Shown: positions 1 through 9,380 of the stretch, piece by piece
Layout of the letters: each line of letters starts with the position of its first letter
How positions within the stretch are numbered: the stretch's first letter is position 1
Assembly: GCA_008690995.1 (NCBI GenBank)
Contig: VRMN01000004.1
Location: 992,001 to 1,056,000, forward strand
DNA length: 64,000 nt
Direction of reading: 5' to 3'
DNA from: Porphyridium purpureum
Lineage: Eukaryota
Program-made: the position numbers and the translations under genes
Notes under the pieces: generated by a model
The model's database searches: none
Told to the model about the DNA's origin: nothing
Seen by the model: the letters and a program-made list of their open reading frames with translations, nothing else

Positions 1-355
1 TGCCGCAGATTCCCTGCTCGCTCAGGGGCGTGTTAAACACCCGGTCTGCGCCAAACTTTTCGCGCAAGCCAGTCGTACACCTGAACACGCCACCAAACGC
101 AACGTCCTCTCCGAAAATGATCGCAGACGGGTCTGTCTCGAGCGACAAACGCAGCGCGTCGTTAATGGCCTGAAACAAGTTCATCGACTTTGTGCCTTGC
201 TCTCCGGGCTCCACTGCCAGGAGCGGAGGCTGCTGCAGCCCAGTGGCACATCCGCGGCTCCAGTCACGCGCTTGCCGCGCGCGCGGCGTCTGCAGCTGTG
301 CGGCAAGCTTGCATAAGCGGCGTACACCCAGCGCCTGCATTGCGTCTGGCGTCAT
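1..355 (-). CDS. BCKDHB: Branched-chain 2-oxoacid dehydrogenase E1 beta subunit, mitochondrial (N-terminal part; runs off the window)
   Basis: My translation of the minus strand (not in ORF track): M(TPDAM)[14 protein letters not shown]...[63 protein letters not shown]. In-frame ATGs at 355, 340 and 184; Arg-rich presequence. Confidence 0.93.
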   Translation of the reverse strand, partial: MTPDAMQALGVRRLCKLAAQLQTPRARQARDWSRGCATGLQQPPLLAVEPGEQGTKSMNLFQAINDALRLSLETDPSAIIFGEDVAFGGVFRCTTGLREKFGADRVFNTPLSEQGICG

Positions 356-541
356 GTCACCGAACGTCTCATTCGACCTTTCAGTCACCCGGTCACATAT
401 CTCCACTCTTACGCTCCGTTTCGCGACATGAAACCAGGACCGCCTTCCACGCCCAAGGACACTGTACCTGGAGCTGTCCCTCCTGGGTGCGTGAAAGGCA
501 GTGTACCTTATCCGGTGTGACGGTACACTGCAGCGCAGCGG

Positions 542-1918
542 CTAGTGGCTCTGCGCGTGCCGGGGAGTGGCGTATTCGGGCATGGAGCGGAAGTCGCATG
601 CGTACGTGTTCCGCACGCGCTCCATGATCTGCGGCGAGTAGTACTTGTTGATCTTCTTGCTTGCCTCGTTCGCCAAAAACTTGATGTCCTTCTGACTGGG
701 AAAGCGCTCCAGCACTCTGCCCACAGCCTGCAGCACGAGCTCCGCATCGGCGCTCATGTTCTCGAAACGGCCCACAAAATCGTACGGAAACACGTCCAGC
801 GAGCAAAGAAACGACTGCAGCGCCCAGTGCTCGTTCATCTGCCAGGGGCTCTGAAGCGAGATCGCATTCACGAACTCTTGGAAGCTGGGCTTGCGCTCGC
901 TCTTGTAATCTCGCTGTGTCAGGAAGCGCCAGCCGTACAGCTGGCCTAGATACGTCGCGTACTCCTCCGACTTTGGGTCTTTGTTCACAATTTTGTTCAG
1001 GTAGCACGAGAGGACGCGGTCCAGTGGATTGCGCACGAACACAAACTTCAAAAATGTGGGGTCCTTCATCAAAGCTTCAACCTCCTCCACCGAGTACGAT
1101 GACAGAAAACGCAGCCCGGAACGCGCGCGCGAGTGTGCAGTCAACAGATCGGCATAGTCTTCGAATCCTTCAAACTTTCGAATCAGCATCTTGAAGTTTG
1201 AATTGGCCACTTTGGGAACTGGGCAGTAAATCAGTCTGCTTTTCTCAGAAACGATAATGCGATTCGCCGCAGCACTGGCCCTCAGCTCGCGTGCGGATAC
1301 CTTGCGCCCAGGGTATCTCGAGCGCCCGCGCATGTTTTCGTACGCCGTCAACACGCTCTGATGCAAGACATCCTTTGACACAGACGCTGGCAGCTGTACG
1401 AGGTGTTCAACGTCTGGGTGGTCCAGCAGTGCCTGTGCCGAGAACGAGGTGTACCCCGCTGCGCCCGCTGGCAGTGCAAATGCGCGGACACCATGGACGC
1501 TCGAGCCAGCTCCAGCGCCGCTGACATCCTGTCTCGAGTTCTCAGAACCGTTCAGCTCTTCCCGAAGCACGTCAAACGCGCTCTTTGGGACTGCGCGCGA
1601 GGCGCGTTCTCTCCGCGAAACTGCATGCACGAGCTTCGCTTCGGCAATGTGCACTTTTCTCTTCACGCGCTCGCTCATGCCTCGCACACCGCCGACGCCG
1701 CCATCCTGAAGGTCAAAAGAACCATCGGCATCATCATATCTGCTGGAATCCTGGTCGCGAGCCAGCACATATACCACCACAAACAGAACAACTGCCGTTG
1801 CGACCAACGCCGGCAGCGACGGCGCGAACCCTGTTGCCGAGCTTGAGCTCCCACTTCCTCCTGCAGCTCCTGCTCCACCAAACATCGGCGCTCCAGCGCC
1901 TCTCGCTTGATTCTTCAT
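542..1918 (-). CDS. Golgi type II carbohydrate sulfotransferase (Sulfotransfer_2 / HNK-1ST-CHST-like)
   Basis: Signal anchor LVATAVVLFVVVYVLA; PAPS 5'-PSB motif CPVPKVANSNFK; 3'-PB motif FVRNPLDRVLSCYLNK; NEHW..Q..LC and YDFVGRFE. Start set at ATG 1918 (ORF open to 2062). Confidence 0.88.
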   Translation of the reverse strand: MKNQARGAGAPMFGGAGAAGGSGSSSSATGFAPSLPALVATAVVLFVVVYVLARDQDSSRYDDADGSFDLQDGGVGGVRGMSERVKRKVHIAEAKLVHAVSRRERASRAVPKSAFDVLREELNGSENSRQDVSGAGAGSSVHGVRAFALPAGAAGYTSFSAQALLDHPDVEHLVQLPASVSKDVLHQSVLTAYENMRGRSRYPGRKVSARELRASAAANRIIVSEKSRLIYCPVPKVANSNFKMLIRKFEGFEDYADLLTAHSRARSGLRFLSSYSVEEVEALMKDPTFLKFVFVRNPLDRVLSCYLNKIVNKDPKSEEYATYLGQLYGWRFLTQRDYKSERKPSFQEFVNAISLQSPWQMNEHWALQSFLCSLDVFPYDFVGRFENMSADAELVLQAVGRVLERFPSQKDIKFLANEASKKINKYYSPQIMERVRNTYACDFRSMPEYATPRHAQSH

Positions 1919-2411
1919 CGCCTCCACGTCCTCCTCCCCATGCACACGATTTATTCTCACCTTGATCGGCTGGTGCACTTGCGTAGCTACGCTGAACGAC
2001 CGTCCATGAATCACCATCGCGACAGTCTCTCTCTCTATCTTTCCCCGCACGCTATACTCCACGGACTCTGGCTAATGCAGCCTCGATTCCTGCCAGCGCG
2101 CAAGCGCCGTGCGCGGTACCACCTGATCGATGATGATTGGCGCTAGCCCCTTTCTGTCTCTCTCTCTCTCTCTGTCTGTCCCCCTCTGGCCATCAGCCGC
2201 CCAGACCACATCAGCGTCTCCCGCTCACGCCAATGAGACTAGGTACAGTGCAATTACACTGATGCGTGTACAGTGACAAGGTACACTTTAAAGTTAACAA
2301 ACAGTTAATAAAGTACAGTGAGTAAGTGCGAGAGAGCGCCTCGTGCGAGAGAGCGCCTCGGGCGAGAGAGAGAGAGAGAGGGAGAGACGGAGAAAGAGAA
2401 GCAAAGCAGCG

Positions 2412-2822
2412 ATGTATTTCGGTGCGTTCAGGCCGAGTCTTGTGGCTATGTCCGGGCGCGTCATCCTGGAACGGCAGCGCCGCGGGATGGACCGGTTGAG
2501 CAAGTGGCAGCGCCGGAATCGGCGCAAGCGCGAGGCGGTTGTTGTGCGAAATGCCGAGGTGTTGCGCGAAGGAGAGCGCTTGTTGGCTATCCAGCTTATG
2601 ACCGACCACCGGAACGCGCTCGCGGCCGCGGGCTCCACTCAGACTGGCGAGGCGGAAGCTCAGCAAAATGGCGAAGGCACATCGCCGGGTTTGGCCGCTG
2701 CGATGCACATGGGAGCGGAGCTTGATTCGTCAGCAATGAGTGCGTCTGGTGAGCGTGAGGGAACAACCGCTTCGGAAGGAATGTCAAGTGCAGGTGACCA
2801 CGCGAAAGTTGAATCGATATGA
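2412..2822 (+). CDS. Small basic protein, candidate mitochondrial ribosomal protein mL60 (yeast MrpL31-like)
   Basis: N-terminus MYFGAFRPSLVAMSG...RLSKWQRRNRRKR...V recalls fungal mL60 (MFGAFRPT...G...R.S..Q+.R.R.R); low-complexity tail. ATG 2412 follows a (GA)n leader. Confidence 0.5.
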   Translation: MYFGAFRPSLVAMSGRVILERQRRGMDRLSKWQRRNRRKREAVVVRNAEVLREGERLLAIQLMTDHRNALAAAGSTQTGEAEAQQNGEGTSPGLAAAMHMGAELDSSAMSASGEREGTTASEGMSSAGDHAKVESI

Positions 2823-2994
2823 TTTTGCCTCGCGCCCATAAAGGTCCGCTATCTGTTTTATGTTTTGTGCCGCTATTTGGTTTTTGCTTTCCACCTTGTA
2901 ATCTATACATTTCCTACACTCGGGTCCGCATTCGGAACGCATTGAGTTCTGTCTCAAAGGCGAGGTCCAGATCATGCTTTTCGTGTGTGCGGCA

Positions 2995-3552
2995 TTATTC
3001 TTGCTTCGCATTTTGGGAGAGATACTCCTCGTTGGAGACTAGGGCATTCCAGAACCCACCGTCGGTTTGCGATTTCCCGAAGCCCGGTGCCCGAAAAATG
3101 GCAATGAAGCCACAATTGTCAGGATCGCTGATCATAAGCACTGGCTCTGCCTGCAGGCGATCATTGATCTCCACGAGAAATCCGTGCACGGGCGAATCCA
3201 CGGTTGTTTCTCTCGATGCTCTGTTATCATCGGGTGCCCCGCTTTGCGCAGAGTCGGTGCCTTGGCTCAGAACCGAGATCAGCCACTGTCCTGGCTGAAG
3301 CTTGGACGCGCCCTTCTGTCGAGACTTACCCCTACCTTTTTGAAACTCTCGCACACGGAGCATTTTCAGCTGAGCGCTGAGCGCACACGCTCCGTCGCCA
3401 TGCAGCCTGCGCAGCAGATGCCGCTCGGCCAGGCACAGCACCATGGTTCCGCTCGGGTGCCTGTACACGCGGACGTGCGTTTTCGTGCACACGCGCACCG
3501 CATACTCCCGCTCTCTCAGCGACAACGCCGCCACATCCGCGCGCGACGCCAT
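2995..3552 (-). CDS. Abitram/Simiate (FAM206A)-like protein, glycine-cleavage-H-like fold
   Basis: HPSGTMVLCLAERH, GKSRQKGASKLQP and SPVHGFLVEINDRL..EPVLMISDPDNCGFIAI match the FAM206A pattern; ATG 3552 (MASRADV). Confidence 0.75.
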   Translation of the reverse strand: MASRADVAALSLREREYAVRVCTKTHVRVYRHPSGTMVLCLAERHLLRRLHGDGACALSAQLKMLRVREFQKGRGKSRQKGASKLQPGQWLISVLSQGTDSAQSGAPDDNRASRETTVDSPVHGFLVEINDRLQAEPVLMISDPDNCGFIAIFRAPGFGKSQTDGGFWNALVSNEEYLSQNAKQE

Positions 3553-3905
3553 CCCGCCATCACAACCACCACGCCCGAATCGCACTTGAGCGCCCACAAA
3601 CCGAGCCGCAAACCAATAAGCCGATAAAGCCGGTGGCTGTTGAACCGAATCTTGTACGTTGAAGCTTCGACGCGACCACGCAGCTCTGGCACAAGCGACG
3701 AAGCACACGACGTGATCAAGACGGTGTTCGACGCGTGAAAGCGATCTGCGGCGTGTTGTCACCTTCCGGCATGCGCGCAAGCTCTGGGTCGACGCGCTGA
3801 TGCCGTAAGTGTATGCTGTTATCAAGCCACCGTACAGAGGGAGGCGTTGGACAGTGGGTCGGACTGAGATTGAAAGTCTTTGCGCCCAGCAGAGGAGAAC
3901 AAGTC

Positions 3906-6900
3906 ATGGGGTCGCAAGCAGACGAAGCAAAGTTGCTGTGTCACGCGGGACAGGGCCATGTGGACAATGTTGACGCCCGGCTGACAGTACTAGTGCTACC
4001 GCTGCTTTCGCTGATTGCGGCGTGCATGCTGAAGATTGCATTGAAAAAGAGAAGCGCAGTGCCTTCAACAGTGGTGCTACTTCTGCTTGGGGTACTATTT
4101 GGAGTCATATCGTGCGTCTTTTATGTGCCGCTTCTCACCGAGTCGTTCTCGCTATGGGGTATGGTAGATCCACCAGATGTCATCCTGTATGCCATTTTGC
4201 CGCCCTTGCTCTATGAGGGCGCGCAAAATATGGACTGGTTCTATTTTCGCAAAAACTTGCTGCGAATTGCCGTCCTGGCATTCATCATGGTTCCAATTCA
4301 CGCAATCATTGTCGCGGTGTGTTTGCTATTTGCTCTTCGGTTGCCTTGGTCGATGAGCGCTAGCATGATGTTTGGTGCGCTGCTCAGCGCCACTGATCCC
4401 GTGGCGGTTGTCTCGCTACTCAAGTCAAGCGGCGCCCCTAAAACGCTGCTCACGATCATCGAAGGCGAGTCGCTCTTCAATGATGGTACAGGATATGTTC
4501 TGTTCGAGATTTTCCTGCATGAAGTCGTGAATGAAGCGTCTGGCGTTCCGGCTCCGTCCGGCATAGCGTTCCTTTTCCACATCCTTTACAGGGTGGTTTA
4601 CTTGTCTGTGGGTGGCATCACCTTTGGCTTCCTGTTCGGGCTCGTGATGATCTGGATGCTGTCATTCCTGCACAACGACAACGAGGTCGAAGTCGGAGCC
4701 ACGTTCGCGCTGGCATACTGTGTGTTTTATATTGCACAGGGCCCATTGCATCTGTCAGGACCGATCGCGACTGTCGCGTTTGGACTCGTCATGTCAGCGT
4801 CGGGCATCGCCCACATCACTCCCGAAGTGCAGCACAGCCTGCATAGCTTTTGGGAAATCATCAGCTTTTGTATGAATGCGATTGCGTTTTTGTACTCGGG
4901 CGCCCTTTGCGCAATGATGGTTTTGACCGAGTGGAATGATTCGATTTCTTCTTTTGATATCATGATGATCCCAGTCCTGTACGTGATCCTGCACATAACG
5001 CGCGCTCTTTCGCTCTTGATTGTCATGCCCGTGTTGCGCATGGAAATTCGCCACGTTGTCATGTTGGCGCTTTCCGGCCTCCGGGGCAGTATCGCGCTGG
5101 TGATGGGGCTTCAACTAGCATATCGCCTCCAAGAATCCGACATCCCAAACGCGGTGTACGACTTGATTGCGCCACGTGTATTCTTGTGGACATCCGGTGT
5201 CGTTTGCTTGACTCTCCTCATCAACGGATCGCTCGTTGGTCAAATTAGTCAACTGTTGGGTATTTCACGCATGTCTATTCATCAGAAGATCTACCTAGAC
5301 TACGCACGCGTCCGCTTGCGCATGGTGGCTTTGAAATCCATCCAAGCGATTGAAACATCCAAGCGCTTTGGGCAAGCGGATGGCCGTACTTTGCGGAAGC
5401 TTTTCAATATTGCAGAAGATGAGGCCGATGCCGACAATCTTGAAGCACAAACATCTACGTCTTGTAACGAATTGAACGAGGAGGAGTCAGTTACACTTCA
5501 GAGGCCAGGTACCATGCGCAATCTGGATGAAACTGCGCCTTTACCTACCGCAGACGCCTTATCTACAAAGAAGGATGCGATCACAAACAAGAACCTGACG
5601 AAGCTGGCCAAGAAGGCGACACTTGGCTTCAATTTGAAGCATGCAGATGAGCCGTTCGCCGCGCGGTCGGGTGGACACGAAGTCACATCCCTCCCTGAAC
5701 TTGTTCGCACTGAGTCACGACATTCTCGCTCCGAGTCCCTTTCAGGTGTCAGACCACAACAGGGTATGCAGCTCTCGCATCAGTTGAGTTTTGGGAAACC
5801 TAGTGAGACTGAGTATATCGGCGGGCCATTGCATAAGACGAAGACAGAGCTTGGTATTCTTCTTTCGGACTCACGGCGCAGAGTGCTGCTGAATCTGCGT
5901 CGCGACATTCAATACCAGTATGAGAAAGGGCTGGTCAGTCCCGCAGGAAACGTCATCTTGCGCTCGGTCATCAATGAAGAGCTGAGCGACGTTGATTCGC
6001 CATTCAACTTTGGCAATCAGTTGTTCGTTAACGTGCACGGGTTTTCCAAGTTTCAGAGCGAAATGATCAACTTTTTTTCGCGGAGAAAGTCGACGCGATG
6101 GATTTCGAAGAGGCTGCTCAACATGGTTCAGTATCGACATGTCTCGACATGTGATGCCGCGACCGCTTGCTGGATTGCAGTACTTCAGGTGCGGAAGAAA
6201 AAATGGATTCCAAAGGAAGTGCAAGAGGAGCTAGAGCACGAGCGTCGCACTCTGTTGCGCTACTTGCGTGATCTCGAGGCAAATTATCCTTCTGTTCTGC
6301 GAATGATACACACCCAGCAGGCGATGCAGGTTATCTTTCGAAGTATGGAAGCGTACATCGACACTTTGGAGAGTAACGGAGTGGAGGACAACGTATTGAA
6401 GAAGTTGCGAGAGGAAACGGAGGATATCTTGTTCGAGAGCGCCTCGCAAATTCCCTCACTCATGCTTGAGCATTCTAAATTTGGCGGAGTTGAGTACGCG
6501 CTCGTTAATTCACCGATTATAGCTCCGCTCGAGCCAGCATGCGCTGACAAGGTTTTGACGTCACTTGCCGAAAAGAGCCGAGACTTTTTCTTGCAGAAGC
6601 GCGATGTTCTATTGCGCATTGGAGAAATCTCGTCCGAAATTTATATCCTACTTCGCGGCTCAGTGGTAGGCTCCTTTTCGCTGAATATCAGTGAAGACCG
6701 CAAGGCGAGCGAATCGACCGCCTTGCTTGCAGAGGACACTCATAGCGAAGATCCAGAGGACGAAGACGCGTTCCTCCCTGTCGGCTCGTTGATCGGTGTG
6801 TCGTCATTCTCTGGCATTCCGCAAATGCGGAATGTGATTGTAGAATCCGAGGCGGCACATTTCCTCGTGGTGAGGAAAGAAAAACTGACTTCACTGTGCC

Positions 6901-7463
6901 ACGAGCATCCTGAGTTTGACCTCGCGTTTCGACGCTTCTGTGCTGTCAAAGTAGTTTCAGCGTTCATCCCGGGTGCCATCGACGCGCAGCTGGGCGAAAA
7001 CATTGGAGACGAAGGTAATGATGGGAGAAAGGCTAGTCTTCGAGATGCGGAAGCCGATGCTGAAAACAAGCGGCTGATTCGGTTTGCCACAATTTCGAAC
7101 GCGGCGCAGGATGAGAACGTAGACCTGCTGTCCGGCTCAGAAACGTACGAAGATCTTGCTGCGAGAAATGCCACTGGCCTGATGGACCTGGACCCAGAGG
7201 AAGCATTTGGCGCGCGGTTGCTAAAACTACTTCCAGCTGTGGGCGAAGTCATCCATTTCAAACCCAACACACAGGTGTACCGTACTTTCATCGGCGTCTT
7301 GCTTGAAGGCACTGTCTTCAGAATCGAAGGCAGACGTCAGGCACTTCGCAAGGCGCCCGCAGTCATGCGCTCGCCTGAGTCCCAGTTCAGAATCGGACCA
7401 GGTGGCGCTCTTGTAGTGCTGATTCCACACCAACAAGCCCTTGAGATCTTGCAGGCCTTGTGA
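3906..7463 (+). CDS. SOS1/NHX7-type (CPA1) Na+/H+ antiporter with C-terminal cyclic-nucleotide-binding-like domain
   Basis: About 12 hydrophobic helices; LPPLLYEGA, FGALLSATDPVAVV, IIEGESLFNDG, SGLRGSIAL; long cytosolic tail with CNBD-like LLRIGEISSEIYILLRGSV...GSLIG. Confidence 0.9.
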   Translation: MGSQADEAKLLCHAGQGHVDNVDARLTVLVLPLLSLIAACMLKIALKKRSAVPSTVVLLLLGVLFGVISCVFYVPLLTESFSLWGMVDPPDVILYAILPPLLYEGAQNMDWFYFRKNLLRIAVLAFIMVPIHAIIVAVCLLFALRLPWSMSASMMFGALLSATDPVAVVSLLKSSGAPKTLLTIIEGESLFNDGTGYVLFEIFLHEVVNEASGVPAPSGIAFLFHILYRVVYLSVGGITFGFLFGLVMIWMLSFLHNDNEVEVGATFALAYCVFYIAQGPLHLSGPIATVAFGLVMSASGIAHITPEVQHSLHSFWEIISFCMNAIAFLYSGALCAMMVLTEWNDSISSFDIMMIPVLYVILHITRALSLLIVMPVLRMEIRHVVMLALSGLRGSIALVMGLQLAYRLQESDIPNAVYDLIAPRVFLWTSGVVCLTLLINGSLVGQISQLLGISRMSIHQKIYLDYARVRLRMVALKSIQAIETSKRFGQADGRTLRKLFNIAEDEADADNLEAQTSTSCNELNEEESVTLQRPGTMRNLDETAPLPTADALSTKKDAITNKNLTKLAKKATLGFNLKHADEPFAARSGGHEVTSLPELVRTESRHSRSESLSGVRPQQGMQLSHQLSFGKPSETEYIGGPLHKTKTELGILLSDSRRRVLLNLRRDIQYQYEKGLVSPAGNVILRSVINEELSDVDSPFNFGNQLFVNVHGFSKFQSEMINFFSRRKSTRWISKRLLNMVQYRHVSTCDAATACWIAVLQVRKKKWIPKEVQEELEHERRTLLRYLRDLEANYPSVLRMIHTQQAMQVIFRSMEAYIDTLESNGVEDNVLKKLREETEDILFESASQIPSLMLEHSKFGGVEYALVNSPIIAPLEPACADKVLTSLAEKSRDFFLQKRDVLLRIGEISSEIYILLRGSVVGSFSLNISEDRKASESTALLAEDTHSEDPEDEDAFLPVGSLIGVSSFSGIPQMRNVIVESEAAHFLVVRKEKLTSLCHEHPEFDLAFRRFCAVKVVSAFIPGAIDAQLGENIGDEGNDGRKASLRDAEADAENKRLIRFATISNAAQDENVDLLSGSETYEDLAARNATGLMDLDPEEAFGARLLKLLPAVGEVIHFKPNTQVYRTFIGVLLEGTVFRIEGRRQALRKAPAVMRSPESQFRIGPGGALVVLIPHQQALEILQAL

Positions 7464-7668
7464 CCACAACCAACCCCTTTTACTCTGGTGTACAGTAAAA
7501 AGTACAGTCTATCGTTAACCCCATTTTGGCGGGAAAGTGGCGATGTAAAATTGTGCGGAAGCGCGTGAGTGTCCGGGTGGGGCCGCGACCAGTGCACGCG
7601 CGCGGGGGGCTGGCGCGACGGCGCGGAAGGACGCGGAGGGGAGAAGGGAAGGAGCATGGAACGGAGCG

Positions 7669-9160
7669 ATGCATGCATTGCCGTGGCGATATCTCGAGCG
7701 CGAGGCGATGGTGTCCAGGCCGTGCGGCAACGGTGCAGCAGTGGCTGTGCGAGACTCGCGGCCGCCGGAGCCGTGTGCAGGCGACCGTCCGCGAGATAGG
7801 TATGTTGCATGCATGAGGCGCTTGGAGTGCTTGGTGACGGCGTGTGTCTGCATGATGGCGCACCGAACAAGATAAGGATAGACGGATGTGTGCATGATTG
7901 CATGAGAACATGCGTTTAGGACAGAAGCATGAGACTCAGGGTGCGGCCCAGTTTGCGGCCGGCTGGCTTGGTGTGTACGCGAAGAAAAGGTCTGGAATGG
8001 ACTGACACTTTGTCGAAAGAAAATTTTCTTCTGGGAGACCTTTTTTCCGTCGTTTTCTCTGTTTGGCCATATTCTTCTGATTTAATAGTTCTCGACCAGA
8101 CCTGCGATCCCTCATTACCGGCCACAGCGCACGAGCGCGCCAGGCTGCGGACGGCGTCGCCGCTCATAGCAAGCTGGCGCAGTTGAACTCAGGTGAGCCC
8201 CGGGATTACAACGCCAACCTTGTCGCTCTGAACGCGACACACAGCGAGAAGATCGAACGCACGCATGCGGGGTTTAGGCGGAGTCTGTCGAATTCGTCGG
8301 CGGACACAAATGCAGGCGCACACGCCGAAGCTGAGAGGCGCACGCAATATGAAGTGCGCGCTTTCCGTCGCGGGTCTGGGCTAGCGAAGCCTCGTTCTGT
8401 GCACATGCCGACCGAGTCTGGTTTAAGAGGCATTGTGAAGCTCAAGCGCACTCGGACCACTCGAGGAGGCAGGAACTCGGTGAAACAAAGAATGGCGAGG
8501 AAGCTTGAGCGCGAGCAAGAAATAAGGACAGTACTGGTTTGGCAACTGGGAGTCCGAGTCGTATCCAAGGATTTACATGCACTGTTCAGCGCTGCAGGGC
8601 ATGTGATAGAAATCCACATGATTCCTCGAGCGCCCGGAAGCCAGTCTCACGAGGGCTCGGCGTATGTCCGTTTCGAGACCATCCAAGGCGCCGATCGGGC
8701 AGTGAGTTTCTCAGGATACCTGCTGAAGGGCTATCCCATTGCTGTGCGTCGACTCCGCCTTCCTCAAGCTCATTTCCCTTCGACACCTGCTGTCGCTGGT
8801 AAGGAAAACCAGACTGATCTCTTCAACCGGGTTGACGCCATGCCAGGAAGGCCGCTGCGATTCGCCTGCCGTCCAGAGAAGCCTGCGGCGGGAGAACAAG
8901 GGAACGAAATCCTTTTTTGTCTGTCAGGCGGTGAGCTCAAAATATCGGATATTGATCTGAGAGCTTTATTCAGCGCCGTGGGCCCCCTCGTCTCGTTCGA
9001 GTGTGTCCGCACCGAGCTCAAACACAAACCAACAGAATCTCGCGTGTCTGGGTCAGCTAAATTCCAGCATGGAGAGGACGCCTTCCAAGCCGTTCATGAA
9101 CTTTCCGGCTCGTCTGTGGAAGGAAGGCCGATGATGGTCTTTCATGCCTCTGCTGCGTGA
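7669..9160 (+). CDS. Two-RRM RNA-binding protein (RBM39/RBM23-like splicing factor), probably spliced
   Basis: RRM1 RTVLVWQL...GSAYVRFE...GYPIAV and a degenerate RRM2. The main frame is open from 8081 but has no ATG until 8405. A GT(ATGT) 7800 to (TTTAAT)AG 8088 intron joins it in phase to the ATG 7669/7708 exon. The 5' structure is uncertain. Confidence 0.7.
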
Positions 9161-9380
9161 ATTCCAGACGGCACGAACAGCACCAGAAAAACTCGTCATC
9201 GTCCATGACTGTATCGAATCGAACCTGTCAGGAGGTCTCTTGTCATCAACCTCTTCCATGTTCATCCAATCACCGCTGCAAGTGTGGCAGTATGTCTTTA
9301 AAAAGCCAGAGAAACCCACGCACCAACATCTGCACAGGTAAATATGCATGTACATACTTTTCACACCTGGTATCTGTTCA

